Shown here: positions 11,755 through 27,113 of the stretch, piece by piece | Layout: every line of letters begins with the position of its first letter | How positions within the stretch are numbered: position 1 is the first letter of the stretch | DNA from: Pseudogymnoascus verrucosus | Taxonomy: Eukaryota | Assembly: GCA_001662655.1 (NCBI GenBank) | Contig: KV460212.1 | Direction: 5' to 3' (one strand) | DNA: 64,000 nucleotides | Position numbers and translations under genes: made by a program | Notes under the pieces: model-generated | Database searches by the model: none | What the model saw: only the letters and a program-made list of their open reading frames with translations | What the model was told of the DNA's origin: nothing

Positions 11755-14700
11755 ATGTTCCAAGTGCGTTGCCCTGGGCCACCTGACTCTACTACAGCTA
11801 CACAATACTAACTGCCACGCAGCGGCTTAAAGGCGCCATTGATTCGAGAATAGCGGAGGAGCAAGCAAAGGCAAAAGCAGCAGGCACACCTGCCACGGGC
11901 TCAGGAACAGTATCAAGGTCGAACTCTGCAAGAGCCGACCCTACGAAGCGGACGAAGCCCAAGACCAAGGTCGTCGATGACGGTGCAAGGGGCCCGGACC
12001 CGTCGGAATTCGAATCGGCTTTTGTGATTGACGACGACGAGGACACGCCAGAATCTACACGCAGTGCCACACCACTGGTTACAGAGGGCAAAGGAGCTAC
12101 AACTACAATGGCGGGAAAGAGCAGTCCTGCACCTGCGGCTGTGGCCAATGGCGAGGGGGTGAATGAGAAATCGGAGGCTGTGCCGAAGTCAACTACGCCT
12201 CCACCGACCACGACTGCAGCGACAGAACTGCCGATGGAGGTGCGGCAGAAACTACGAAAACTGGAGAAGCTGGAATCACGATACCAAGAGCTGCTCCGGT
12301 CGTACCGCATCGCTCATGCGCGCGCTGTGTCGATCGAGCCGTTTGAGAAGACGCTGAAGGAGAATACACCGCTGGTTTCCATCAGCGAGCCGGAGGCGTT
12401 GGTGGAATACCTGAACCAGCTGAACTTGAGGGGGGATATGGTCATGGATGAGCTGAAGCGGGTGACCTCTGACCGCGACCTCTACAAGAAGAAGTTCGAG
12501 GAGGCAGAGAGGGAAGCTTCCGATGCACAGGCCGAGCTTGAGGCTTTGAAATCTAGCGAGGGGGTTAAAGCAGCTAAGGAGTCGCAACCCGAGGAGCAAG
12601 CGAAGGCCACCGACTCGAAAGCTCAGGCAGATGTGAAATCGCCTGCCTCATCAGTGTTCAAGATCTTCTCCCCGAAGCAGAAGCCTACCGAACCCGAAGG
12701 CGCATCCGAGGATTTCTTCTCCTATGACGAGGAGATCCCGCAATTACAATCTGAGCTCCAAGCCAAGACGACTGAGATTGAGACTTTGAAATCCGAGGTT
12801 GTGGTACTCCAGAAAGACCTGGACGCCTTCAAAGAGACAAACGAGGGCCTCTCTACGACCGTGCAATCATTAGAGCGACAAGTCAGTGAAGCTTCAGAAA
12901 AGTCAGCATCCAACTCTGCACGCCAGGAAGAGCTGAAGGAGCTTCAAGGCAAGCTCGATGCCTCCACAAAGTCCATCTCGGAGCTCCAGGCGAAGATCAC
13001 GGAGAAGGAGAAGGAGGGAACCGATGCTGCCTCGTCTAAAGCCGCCGAGCTAGAGAAGTCTCAAGCTACTATCGACCAGCTAAAAAAGGAATTGAAAGAC
13101 CTGCAGGCGCTACAGGATGGCGACAAGAAGAAGATCAAGGTCCTGGAGGGCATCGTGGCTACGCTGAAGAAGAAGGGCGAGGCTGCCGAAGTTGCTTCTG
13201 CCAAAGCTGAGCCCGAAAAGGTTGTAGCGCCCATGACAACACCCGTCACGGCCGAGAGTGCGGCTCCTGGTGCAGCGAAGAAGAAGAACAACAAGAAAAA
13301 GAAGAAGGGCGCCAATGCAGGCAAGGACACCCCTGCCGCTGCCACAGAGGCACCCCAAGAACCGACCGAGGCCGCAACTCCCGACGCTCCCACCCACGAC
13401 CTGGAAGCCGAAGTCGAGAAACTAAAGGCCGAAGTCGCGTCACGAGACGTGCAGATCGAGAAACTCCAGAAGCAGCAGAAGAACGTCGAGACCATGCGCG
13501 AGAAGATCGATGAGCTGGAGGAGAACTACCTGCAAGTCGGCCACGAGCACGTCGAAGCCAAGCAGAAGATCAAGGAGCTGGAAGCCGAGAAGAAGGTCCT
13601 CCAGCAAAAAGTCGACGTCCTGGAATCCTCCATCTCCTCGCAGATCGAGCACCAAGAGAAAGCCGGACAGGCTGAGGCGAGTCTCAAGTCCATGACTAGC
13701 GACCACGACGAGCTGAAGACGAAGCTGTCGACTCTACAGAGCGACCTCGGCGCCGCGGAGAAACTCGCATCCACGCGGTACAAAGAACTCACCGACCTCC
13801 GCGACGTCCTTCAGAAGGCGCAACCCGAGCTCAAATCCCTGCGCACCGAGAACGCGGCCCTGAAAACTACAAAAGACGAGCTAGTCGCGCGGACGGCGGA
13901 GCTGCGCAAGCTAGAGGCGCGAGAGCGCGAGCTCAGGAGCGACGTGGGCAGTTTCAAGAAGCAGGCCAGCGAGCGCGAGACGGAGGTTAAATCCCTCCAA
14001 GCCCAGCTGACGAGCGAGACGAACGGGCGCGTCAAGGCCGAGGACACGGCGCGAGTTGCGGGCCGAGACCTGCGGCGCGTGGAGGCGGAGAAGATCGAGC
14101 TCTCTGCTTCTGGGGAGAAGGCTGCTAGGGAGCTAGGCGCGGTGAGGGAGGAGGCAGTCAAGCTGCGCGGGAGGGTGAGGGAGCTTGAGGCGGAGGTGGG
14201 GAGGGTGGGGAGGGAGAGTCGCGAGGTTAGGGCGGAGATGGAGTTGAAAGCCAGCCAGTACAGCTCGGCGCAGAGTTTGGTGGGGAGTATGCGCGATCAG
14301 ACGGCGGAGATGGCGATGCAGCTTAAGGAGGCGAAGGAGGCTGCTGAGAGTCTGGAGGAGGAGCTGGGGGAGGTGCAGAGATTACTGACGGAACGGACGA
14401 GGGAGGGGGAGACGATGAGGAGGTTGTTGTCCGACGTTGATGAGAGGGCTGAGGCGAAGGTGAGGGAGATGAGAGAGCGAATGGAGGCGGCTGTTGAGGA
14501 GCGCGATAGGGCGGAGGAGGAGGCTGCGACGGGGGGCCGGAGACGGGCGAGGGAGGCGGATGAGTTGAAGGGGCGTGTGAGGGAGGTGGAGCGGGAATTG
14601 AAGCGCGCGCTTGAAGATCGGGAGGAGCTGGATCGTGAGGCAAAGGAGGTGAAGCGCCGGAGGGACGAGATGGAGGGTGTTAGTGCGCGAGCGGCGGGCG

Positions 14701-15185
14701 AGGTGCAAGAGGTCAGGGCGGCGATGGAGGAGCTCCGCACGGCGCTGGATGGGAGCGAGAGGCAGGCGCGGGAGGCGGAGAAGGGGAAGGTCGATCTGAG
14801 AAGGCTGTTGGAGGAGGCGGGGGGGAGGTATGAGAAGTTGGCTAAGACGCTGAAGGCGAGGGAGACGAGGTTGGCGGAGCTGACGGGGGCGGGGAGACGG
14901 GTGTCGGGGGAGTTTGGGGGGAGTAGTAGGGGGGCGTCGCCGGCGGGGCAGGGGGTGAGCGATGTGCAGTATTTGAAGACGGTGTTGTTGCAGTTTTTTG
15001 AGCAGAGGGATCGGAAGTTGCAGCAGCAGCTGGTGCCGGTGTTGGGGAAGTTGTTGAGGTTTGATGGGTGAGTATTTTTTCCTTTTCCTGTGGAGGGTGG
15101 GTGGATGAGATGGGGATGGGTTTGCTAACGTGGGGTTTGTAGGAATGATGAGAGGAAGTGGAATGCTGCTATTGCTGCGAAGTAG
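11755..15185 (+). CDS. IMH1: GRIP-domain golgin Imh1-like, 3 exons (11755-11763, 11823-15067, 15143-15185), ~1098 aa
   Basis: MFQ/RLKGAIDSRIAEEQ start; very long coiled coil; C-terminal GRIP motif DVQYLKTVLLQFFEQRD...LVPVLGKLLRFD..DERKW. Confidence 0.85.
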
Positions 15186-15231
15186 GGGGTTGGTGGGGGA
15201 GTAGGAGGGGAGGGGAGTGTGATTTAGTGTA

Positions 15232-15236
<5 letters not shown>

Positions 15237-15264
<28 letters not shown>
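15237..15264. repeat. (TG)14 microsatellite downstream of IMH1
   Basis: Direct reading. Confidence 0.9.
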
Positions 15265-15268
<4 letters not shown>

Positions 15269-17846
15269 GTAGATAGGGGGTGGATTGGGGTTACAGCATC
15301 GGCATGAGCATGAGCATGAGCATCGGCGTCGGCGTCGGCCTTGACCTTGTTCTGGGATGGGTATGGTAATGGGGAATAGGAATATATAAGAAAGGAGGGG
15401 GGTTGTAAGGGTACATAAATGGATGTTGTTTGAATATTGCGGTGAAGGGAGGGGTGGGAAATGAAGACTGAAGTGAGGGAGGGTTGGCGGTTGAGTGGGA
15501 AGTGTGAAATCTGTAAATATCGAGGGGAGGGAGGGGTTAGAAATGGTCCCTTGAGGGTCTCTGCATCACCATCACTTCGAGGTATCATAGGTGGTCTTGA
15601 GTTTGAGGGAGGGTCTAGCTACAGCATGTATTGTTATACTTGTACTATACCCCAGAGCATCACGACTGCATTGGGGTTGGTTGGTCGTGGAGGTGTAGAC
15701 CAATGTATCCTTCAGCATGAGCTATCTATATAGATATAGTAAGTATGACAATTACTGGATCAGGAGAGGTTACTCTACCACAATACACCGTCATTGCTAG
15801 AACTTAACTTAAGCTTCCCAGCAGCTGTTCAGGTAGAAGTTAAACGTCAGACGCTGATCAGGGACTGTTCCTGGGAGTGACTGACAACGGTGGCTGAATA
15901 CATACTTAGATATAGATAGTAGTAGCAGTAGTAGCTAAGTGTACGTGGTGGTGGTAATAAATACGTACGTCGTGGGTATTGGTATGGGTATGGGTACCTC
16001 TAAGCACCTCCTCCACCTCCCTCTATAATAAAAACTTGGAAGAAGGAGCAGGGAGGCGTTGACATAACTAAAAGCTACATCCACCAGTACATCACCCCAC
16101 CACCCACCAAAGCAGCAAGACGCAGGTACCACCCCAACCGAGCGCGATGTACTCTTTCTCTAGCTTTCTTGTCCAAGTTTCTAGCGCCGATGTTTTTCTT
16201 GTTAGCAAGCTGTAAACTGTTTTCGTCCTGACTGACCGCCCTGTGCCCTGGGTACTGTTAGTGGTACTGTTAGTTTTTCTAGCTGTACTGGGTACCCGCA
16301 GGTTGCGCTCGGAGGGTAGACGGAGCTCTGTACTGGATACCTTGGTTAAGACTAAAGTGACGACAGAGGCATGTTTTTGGGAGGGGGGGTTGTGCTGGTC
16401 TGCTCTGTTCTGGTCCCTCTTGGTCCCTCTGGTCGCACTCTATAGCTGTCTGTCTACCATAGTAACTACTTCTACTCCCACTCTGTCTACTCTTGCTATA
16501 GCCACTCCTACTTCTCCTGCTCCTCATACTCCTCATGTAGGTAATGAATATCTACTTCCACTCCTCTACTTGCTGCTCCAACATACCTTACTCCTACTTC
16601 CACCCCCTACTTACTCTTACTTACTGTGTCACTCCTCCTACCACCTCCAAGTCTTAGTCTTAATGTCTACTCCCACCCCTGCTTTACTGCTCTACTCCTA
16701 CTTACTACTTACTCCTACTTTCCTTACTTCCACTCCTCAATACTTACTCCTACTTACCTTACTCCCACCCCCTCCATCCTCCATCACCCTCCCTCCACCT
16801 CTCACACCTTTCACACCTCTCCATCCCCCTCTCTAAGCGCGCACCCTTCTTTCCCCCCCTTAAGCGCTCAAATCACACCCAGCCAGCCACCCAGATCCAT
16901 CACAGCACAATCCACCAAAACCCATCAATTCCAGCCCAATCCCACTCCCACTCCCACAGCTGAACCCACCATAAACCCACCCCACACACAAAAAAACCCA
17001 GCCACAGCCACAACAGCTCACCACACTTAGACAGTAAAGTACAACGGAGGTACGGGTTGTAAACTGCGTGTTAGAGTCCTTTATAACATAAAATATACCT
17101 ACATCTTCACTAACCCCTCTGTACCACTGATGTCACTCTTAAAACCACACCCCTCCTCCTCTCCCTCCCCAATTCCCTCTCCTCCTCCTCCCTCTCCTCC
17201 CCTTCCTCCCCTCATCATGGCCATAAAACCAGATAGATAGCAGCATAATTTAGCAGGATACCAGCACAAAAAGTGTGGAGAGGGTATAGAAAGTAGTAGC
17301 TGTATCTGTACTCCAGTACTCTCTTGCTGTACACACTACACTACCAAATCCAGCCAATTGCTCTCCACAACAACAACATTCTCTACTACTCTTGTCTGCT
17401 ACTGCTCTACTTTACTACTGCACTACTCTAACTACTGCCCTTGCACTACACTACTGCTATTCCCTTCCCTTCCCTCCTCTCCTCTTACCAAATATCTTCA
17501 TTATATCCTATCCCATCTCTATCAACATCAACCACCCTCCCCTCAACCACCACCCCTCCCCCACCTCCCCAGCTGAATGAAGCCAGCTTCTCATACGCCA
17601 TCCTCCGCCATCTTCCTATTCTTCGCCTGAAGCTTCATTTATTCCATTTTCTACCGCTGCTATACGACTGCTGCTGCGTCTGATATAACCAAAAAAGAAA
17701 ACTATACACAGAGATATACACCGTTCCGTCACTGAAAAAGCCCGGAACTTCGCGCCCAGAATCCACTTCCACCACCGCCACCACCACCACCATACACATC
17801 ACACCCCCAGTACGGTTGTCCGAGTAGTGTCAGAGCGCCAACTCCA

Positions 17847-20190
<2,344 letters not shown>

Positions 20191-20661
20191 GCGTGGGTCT
20201 GGGGCTACGTGGAGCGGGGGGGGTGTTATCTAGGAAAGCACATAGGATTTGATGGGCCAGGGGGCTACGTGGGGGTGGTGGTAGAGGGGGAAGGGGGTAT
20301 ACAAGCTTGCGATGCACGACGGGGTCGGCGCGACGGGGCGTTTCGTAGATAGAAATCTGTTTGAGATGCTATGTGTGCGTAAATGAGAGGCGCAGACTAG
20401 GTTGTGTGTGCCTCCCCCTCATTGTTCAGTTTCCCTTACGTGCAATCAATTCCACGACGGGTGGGAGAACGACACAATCTGGACCAGACTTATTTCCTAA
20501 TGCAGGTTTCTACATCCCCCCATCCCCCCCCCTCCCCCTTTTCGCCTACCCTTCCCATCCCCCCCAAAAACAGACCCACATACCCCTTCGCCCAACTCCT
20601 AAATAATACAACCAACCCAACAAACTCTGCCCAGCAATCATCCCCCCTTCATTACCTCCCC

Positions 20662-22068
20662 TCATCTCCCCCCCTTCCTCGGACTCCTCTGCGGCGTCTG
20701 CGGCGGCATCAACGCCGCAAACATCGGCCCCCCATTCCCATCCCCATACCCCCCCGACGCATGTCTCGGCGTCGGCGGCGGCGCAATAGCACCCCACCCA
20801 TACTCTCCCGCCTGCTGACTCGGCCAGGGCGACGGCGGCGGTGGCGGCTGGTGGAAGAACTGCTGCTGGGGGGGGTGGGTATCTATTTTACTCCTATACG
20901 CTGCGAAGGCGGTGTTATTCACGTATCCGAAGACGAGAAAGGTAGCGACGACGAAGAGCATAGTCTTCAGACTAATCGGCTCGATAAACTCATTCACTAT
21001 CCGCGCGAATGTGTGAGCGGAGATCTTAGCGCGGCCGACTTGTGTGGGGTCGGCTTGCATGCAGACCTCCCACTCCCTGCACGCCGCCGCGACGGCGGGG
21101 ACGCGCAGGTGGGGAGCGCAGTTGTTGGTCGTCCAGTGGGAGGTGCAGACTGCGATTTCGTGGTGGGCTTCGTCGATGGCGCGGGCTTCTTCTTTGGAGA
21201 CGTCGGATTGGATGGTGCGGATGGAGGTGTAGATTAGGTACATTGCTACGGCGACGAGGAAGGAGTTGAGGATCAGTTGGGCGTAGTAGGAGAGGAGGTG
21301 CGGGAGGTTGGGGCGCGATTCGATGCCGCTTAGGAGGGAGGAGAACCAGTTTTGGCTTCCACTTCCGCTGCCGCTACCGCGGGAAGAGTGGTGAGAGTTG
21401 TGTGGACTGTGTCGGCGCGATGCGGATTCGGAAGATGACCCGCTGTCGATGCTTCCGCGGCGGGAGTGGATGACGGGATCTCTATCGTGACGGCGCCGCT
21501 TCCGCGCTTTCTGGGCGACGGCGTCAGAGAGCTTGCCGCGGCGGGGTGTGTCGCGGCCTGGCGATCCGAGGGCAGAGAGGCCGTAGCGGCCGAAGATGGG
21601 TTTCTTGTCCAGCTTGGTGGAGGTGAACGCCGGCATTGCGATGGGGGCGCGGTAGGAGGGCCGGGGGTGGTCGGGGGTGTCTTCTGTGTCTGCGTTGTCG
21701 GCGGGGGAGGATTCGGCGCCGGAGGCTTCGGAGAAGAGGTCTACGTCGAAGGGTTTGCGGGGGGTGGTGAAGGATGGGTTGCGGAAGGGGGTTGCGGTGT
21801 TGGAGGGCGCGGCGGAGAAGAAGGCCGATTGTGAGGGGGGTGGGGGTTTGGAGGGCGATTCGAAGCCGCCTGGGAGAGGGAGGGACGTTAGCATTAGTGG
21901 TTGGGGAGGGAGGGTTTATGGATGCATCGTCGGTGACGGGGAGGGTGGTTTCTTACGCTTCAGGCCCTGTTGCTTCTGGGTTAATTGGTAGAAGGGCGAG
22001 GTGACGTCTGCAGGGCCGCTGGTCTGCCATTCAAAGTCCATGGGGACTTCATGAGTGCGTCTGTCCAT
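20662..22068 (-). CDS. BRR6: Nuclear envelope/NPC biogenesis protein of the Brr6/Brl1 family, 2 exons (22068-21957, 21869-20662), ~439 aa
   Basis: MDRRTHEVPMDFEW start; two TM helices flanking a 4-Cys lumenal segment (IAVCTSHWTTNNCAP..RVPAVAAACREWEVCM..AEI/RIVNEFIEPISLKT). Confidence 0.85.
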
Positions 22069-22554
22069 TGCGGGTTGGTATGCGATGTTTTTTTGCTTTG
22101 GGTAGGGGAACAACGGATGATGCTGTGAGGGCATCATTTGCTTCGATTTCCGCCGTAGCCAGGACAACTATGGGGCTGTTGTAAACAAAGTTTCGGTGGG
22201 GTCTAGACCGGGTTTAGGTATAGCCTCTTTGAGTTTGGCGTGGTCCAGTGACTTCTTGGCGGTTCTCGATTGTCACGTGCGAAGGGATTCGGACGTCAAA
22301 GGAGCATGTCGGTGATGTCCATACCACTACTGGTTGGCATGTATGTGAAAGAATATATCAAAAGATGGATATTACATAGTTATAGTTTTTTTTGAATAAA
22401 TTTACCCATTGTGTTGGTTTAGATTGTGGGTTGGAAGAGTAAAACTACTGATTTTGTAATGTGTTTTCTCATATGTTGAAATTAAACAAAACAAAAACGT
22501 GAGCATTCAGATAAGGGTTGTCAACTTAAATATTATAGTATGTACATTCATATC

Positions 22555-25500
22555 CTATGATTGACTATACTGCAATTTTTCTTCACTATCACTACAGCTT
22601 GGACATAGAATGTCTGTCAGCACCACTTCTGGTACAACCGCCTCCCTTTCCCGCTCTGCCTCCTTCAGCCTCTCCACCACATCTATGTGCCCCTTTGAAG
22701 TCGCTGCATCTAACGCGCTGCCATACTCCCCACCGACAATCCCCACGTCCGCCCCTGCAGTAAGCAATATCTCCACAATATCCTCGTACCCTCGATGCGC
22801 CGCAACATGTAATGCGGTATGATACTCCCCTCCTACAGCGTTGACTTTAGCTCCCCCCTCAAGCAACAACTGCACTATTTCCGCTTTGTTAAAACTTGTA
22901 GAGAGTTGAAGGGGGCTTCCGTGAATGTCAGACAGGAAATTGGGATCAGCTCCACTGTTCAGGAGCATCTTAACAATGATCATAGACCCACTCAGACACG
23001 CAGCATGTAGAGCACTGCCATATTGCCCACCCGCACGATTGACATCTGCACCGAGACTAAGTAAAGTCTCAACGACTCTCTCCTGGCCCCTATACGCTGC
23101 ACCTTGCAGAGGGTTTCCATAGAAGCCACCTTGCTCGTTAGCATCTGCTCCATATTGTATGAGTAGAGATACAACTCTGGGGAGCCCCTCAAGTGCAGCT
23201 GCCCGCAGTGGTGTGCCATCATCGATACCTCCATGACTACTGGCATCCGCGCCATGTATGAGCAATAACCTCACGACTTGCTCATGGCCAGTGTAACAAG
23301 CAGCTATAAGAGCAGTGCCACGATTGCTCTGGGCATTAACTTCGGCTCCTCGTTCAAGCAGTAACTCGACTACACGAGTTCGGCCATTAAAACTAGCTTC
23401 ATGTAAGGCACTGCCAGACATCCCCCATTGGGCGTTGACTAGCGCTCCTTTATCAATGAGAGCTTTGCAGGTAAGATAGTGGCCATTTGAGGCTGCTACA
23501 TGAAGTGGGTAACCCGGTGGTCCTTTAAAGGGACGTCCATTAGTTTCGCTTGGAGCATTTGCATCAGCTCCTGCCTCAAGAAGCATGCATACTGTACCCG
23601 TATGGCCGCCACTAGATGCTGCATATAAAGCATTTCCAAATATGCCTCCCTTAGTATTCACGTTGCAGTTTCTGTCAACTAGAGCTTTAACCATGTCCTC
23701 GCATCCAACGAATGCAGATGCTTGCAATGCGTTGCCAAAATGTCCTCCTTGGGCATGTACATCGGCTCCGTGATCTAGAAGAATTTCGAAGCATTGGTGA
23801 TTTTGATTAACAGCAGCAGCCTGTAACGCTTGGCCATAGTATCCACCTTGGATATTCACATTGGCATCATCTACAAGATGCTCAAGGAGTACGTGGAGAC
23901 CGAATAACGCGGGATAATAGATAATAGACTGGTTGGTGGACCTGCCCATATCAAATTTCCAAGGCGAGAAGGCTTGGTGCCAGGACATGTATTTTGGCGA
24001 TTCGGCCGTTGTCCAGATTTTGTCGAAGAGGCGCACTACACTCTTCTGCGCTTGCTCCTCGCGACTGTGGAGGAACCAGCTATTGGCTGCATATTCGAGA
24101 AATGGATAATCGACAATCCTATCTGATTTGGCATAAGATTCGTAAGAACCAGCATTGAAGTCGTCATAAGCTAGGTAGGTTAGGCATATCCGGCCAATCT
24201 CCTCGTCAGCATTCGACTTGGTCATAGCGAAATAGGAGGCAGGGCCTTTCGATATTCTTGGAGACTGTAAGTATTCTTGGACCGAGTAGTGAGATAGACC
24301 AAGATATCCGCCAGTAGTAGTCAAAAGACTTCTCACACTCTTAATAAGATGCTCAGGGGTATGAAAACGGTCATCGGGATCTAAAGCAGTGCTGCTATCC
24401 TCAACAACGACAGCTTCGGCTATCTCTTCCATCGTCATAGGGCGAATTGCAAAGATGATGAATTGCAATGTTCGCCGGATAAGCTCCTTTTCCTCTTCCG
24501 ACTGTATAGCCATAAGAATTCTGTCGTAGCTCTCATCAAGAGTTTTGGGCAAGCTTTTTAAAGCGTTACGGATTGCTTTTGGCCTACCAAGGGGCTTTAG
24601 AGCATCCAACTGGCAGACAACCCATCGGAACCTATATATTTGTCAATGATAGGGGGACAGAGTAGAGGGCTAAACTTGCATTCCTTTGGCACCGCCAACT
24701 AGCTCCTGGACAATCTCATTCTGTAAATCAACATTGAGATCTCGGAGTGATTCTATAGCTTTGATTTGTCTGTTCACAAAGAGCTCGACATCGAGAGCAA
24801 CATCTGTACTCTCTATTGCGGCAGAGTAGATAGACACCTCAGAGAGCGACTTCTGGATGTCATGTTCGCTACGGCTCGTTAAGAATATTGACGCGCATTT
24901 GCTGTCCATCAATTGGTGAAGGATGGGTAGTAATACTTGGCGTTCTGAGCACTCGTCCAACGCATCTAAAGCTACATAGACTTTATCGAAGTATTTTTGA
25001 ATGACAAGAATTAATATCGCAAGAAGTTCCTCTGGTGATGGACGTGATGTTTTGTCTTTGTATATTTTCCAAAGGGCGCAAATCTCTTCAGGGACCCCTG
25101 AGAGTTTATTGGCGAGTTGGCCAAGAAGTGAACATAGCATTCCTTCAGTGTGTTGTTGTTTGGAGTCCCGGAAATCAAAATAGAAGTATACTATGGTGGA
25201 TATTTCTGGTTCCTCAGGGCTGTTCGCAACGGGTTGTGATCTAGACTGGAGCTCCTGTATCACCGTAGAGCTGTGACTGTTAGGAAAATAACAAACACTC
25301 TATATCATCCCGATAGAATGATGAGATTGTCACTAAGGAATCGGTAGACTCACCATAGGATGGTCTTCCCTGCTCCAGCTATATTGTTGCTTTAGAAAAA
25401 TGATGCTGATATATTAGAATATACACTTACGAATTGCATGCAACCAGAAGGTCGAGTGATCTTTCCTCGCCCATTCCGAGAAATCCTTCCCTTTAATGAG

Positions 25501-26345
25501 CCAGAGACCTGTTCCAGGCTGCTGGAGCTTGCATGCGTTGGAGTGATTTGCCTCAAAATCAACTGTTGAGAGCCAACGTCGTATTTCATAGTATTGATCA
25601 GCTGGTAGAGTTAGCAAGGCAATGAGATTGATCATAACGAAATGGAGTGGGCTACACTTATGTTTCTCCTTCTGAGAACTAGCAATTTCATCCGAGACAC
25701 GCGAGAGCTTCGTGATGTGATTGTCGATGTTCAGAAGCTCACAATGAATTTTTCCTTGTCCGTGTTTTAATTCACCGAAAGCAAGGTGGAGATGCTCTTC
25801 GATGGCATGGGATAATGTGCTAGAACCGGCCAATGATTAGCAGGGCAGCAAATATGAGAATCTGCGCCGAAACTTATATAAAGGCACGGCAAGGAATAGC
25901 CCAAAGCATACATATGATCAGAGGATAGCGCAAGCATCAGTAAACTCTTTAGGCGCTCGATCCGACTTTTTGTTTCCAATAACTTCTGGCCACCTGTGGC
26001 AGCGGCGATTACACTACTAATTTTCTTTTTTTGGAGTCCTTCGATGACCCGAAGCACATCTTGTAGCACAATTTCGCATGCTGTTAGGACCCCGCCAGGT
26101 TGATTTAGCACCTCTAATGCTAGGAAACCCTTCAAGTTGTGATCATGGGAGGTACTGAGATGACTATGAAGCGTGTTAAGAATTCCTTGCAAAGACATGA
26201 GTTCCGACATGACGTCTACCAGCTCTTTAGGCGCGGTTTTTATCTCACGGTAGCATCTCCATCCTATCGCTACTACCTTGCAGGTAGTGTCAATGACTGT
26301 GATGATACTCGTCGCTACTGCGAGTCCTGCGATTGCTTCGGCCAT
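22555..26345 (-). CDS. Fungal NLR-like STAND protein: HeLo-like N-terminal domain + NACHT + winged helix + ~12-13 ankyrin repeats; 6 exons (26345-25912, 25819-25656, 25601-25431, 25378-25354, 25270-24680, 24631-22555), ~1153 aa
   Basis: N-terminus MAEAIAGLAVATSIITVIDTTCKVV..YREIKTAPKEL; PGTGLWL; Walker A WLHAIPGAGKTILCS; YFYFDFRD; Walker B VALDALDECSER; FLTSR; AKGMFRWVVCQLDAL; LPKTLDESYDRIL; HYSVQEYL; ANK repeats GGxYGxALxAA. The intron 2 boundary is the least certain. Confidence 0.88.
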
Positions 26346-27113
26346 GATGGCGATGTGTCATGGAAAGATATATAATTTGGCCACACTGTCAACGAAAGCG
26401 GGAGAATTATACAGTTCTTGAAATGACTGTGAAGCCACAACTGTACAGCGCGTATGTTTCAGCCGTACCGCCAATAATGCCCATTCGCGATTGGGCTGGA
26501 ATAATATAAATCGTGATGCATGGGACGTGCAGAAAGTACCCTGTGGATGGGATCTCCAGGGTATCACAGAAAAGCGAGCATTCGAGTGGGAGCGACTTCT
26601 TAGTTCCTGTATATTTTTGCCAACTAAAGTTGAAAGCTATTGAATGTACGTTCTGTTTGGACCGGGCTTATCAAGGTATAATTTATTCGCAACTTGCACA
26701 GCTACGGATAATAAGCCGACGGTGTCATAGCCAGAGCGAACTACGCAGATATTGTCATGGTAACTCTCATCAGAACTTCACAGGGGGCTACATCCTCTCC
26801 AAATGAGTGCCACTTGACATGATCAAGTCGGAGAGCTGCCATCGGCAACCCTCCGTCGCTGATGTGTCTCCGAGGAGAAACAACCACCAGCCCTACCACC
26901 ACCATGTCGGAGCTTTGCGACAATAAGGGAGCTGATTAGTCCAAGCTGCTACTTTAGTACACAGGGCTTAGCCTGGTGTGGGGCTGTGGTCGGGCCGTAT
27001 TTTAGAAGGCCGCCCCAAACGTGTCAGTTGTCACCCCATATCAAGTCCACGACGCAACATCTCTAGTAGTTAGGGTATAAGCACAAAGCCCAATATTTTG
27101 GCCTTTCCTTGAA

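Noticed and set aside
16243..17030. 197-aa and 134-aa hydrophobic ORFs
   Set aside because: By-products of CTA/CTT/CTC-rich low-complexity upstream DNA; non-ATG starts; no domain.
26346..27113. Search for an amyloid-motif (HET-s, PP or sigma type) effector gene beside the NLR
   Set aside because: No G/N/Q-rich pseudo-repeat ORF seen; the NLR already carries its own N-terminal effector-like domain.
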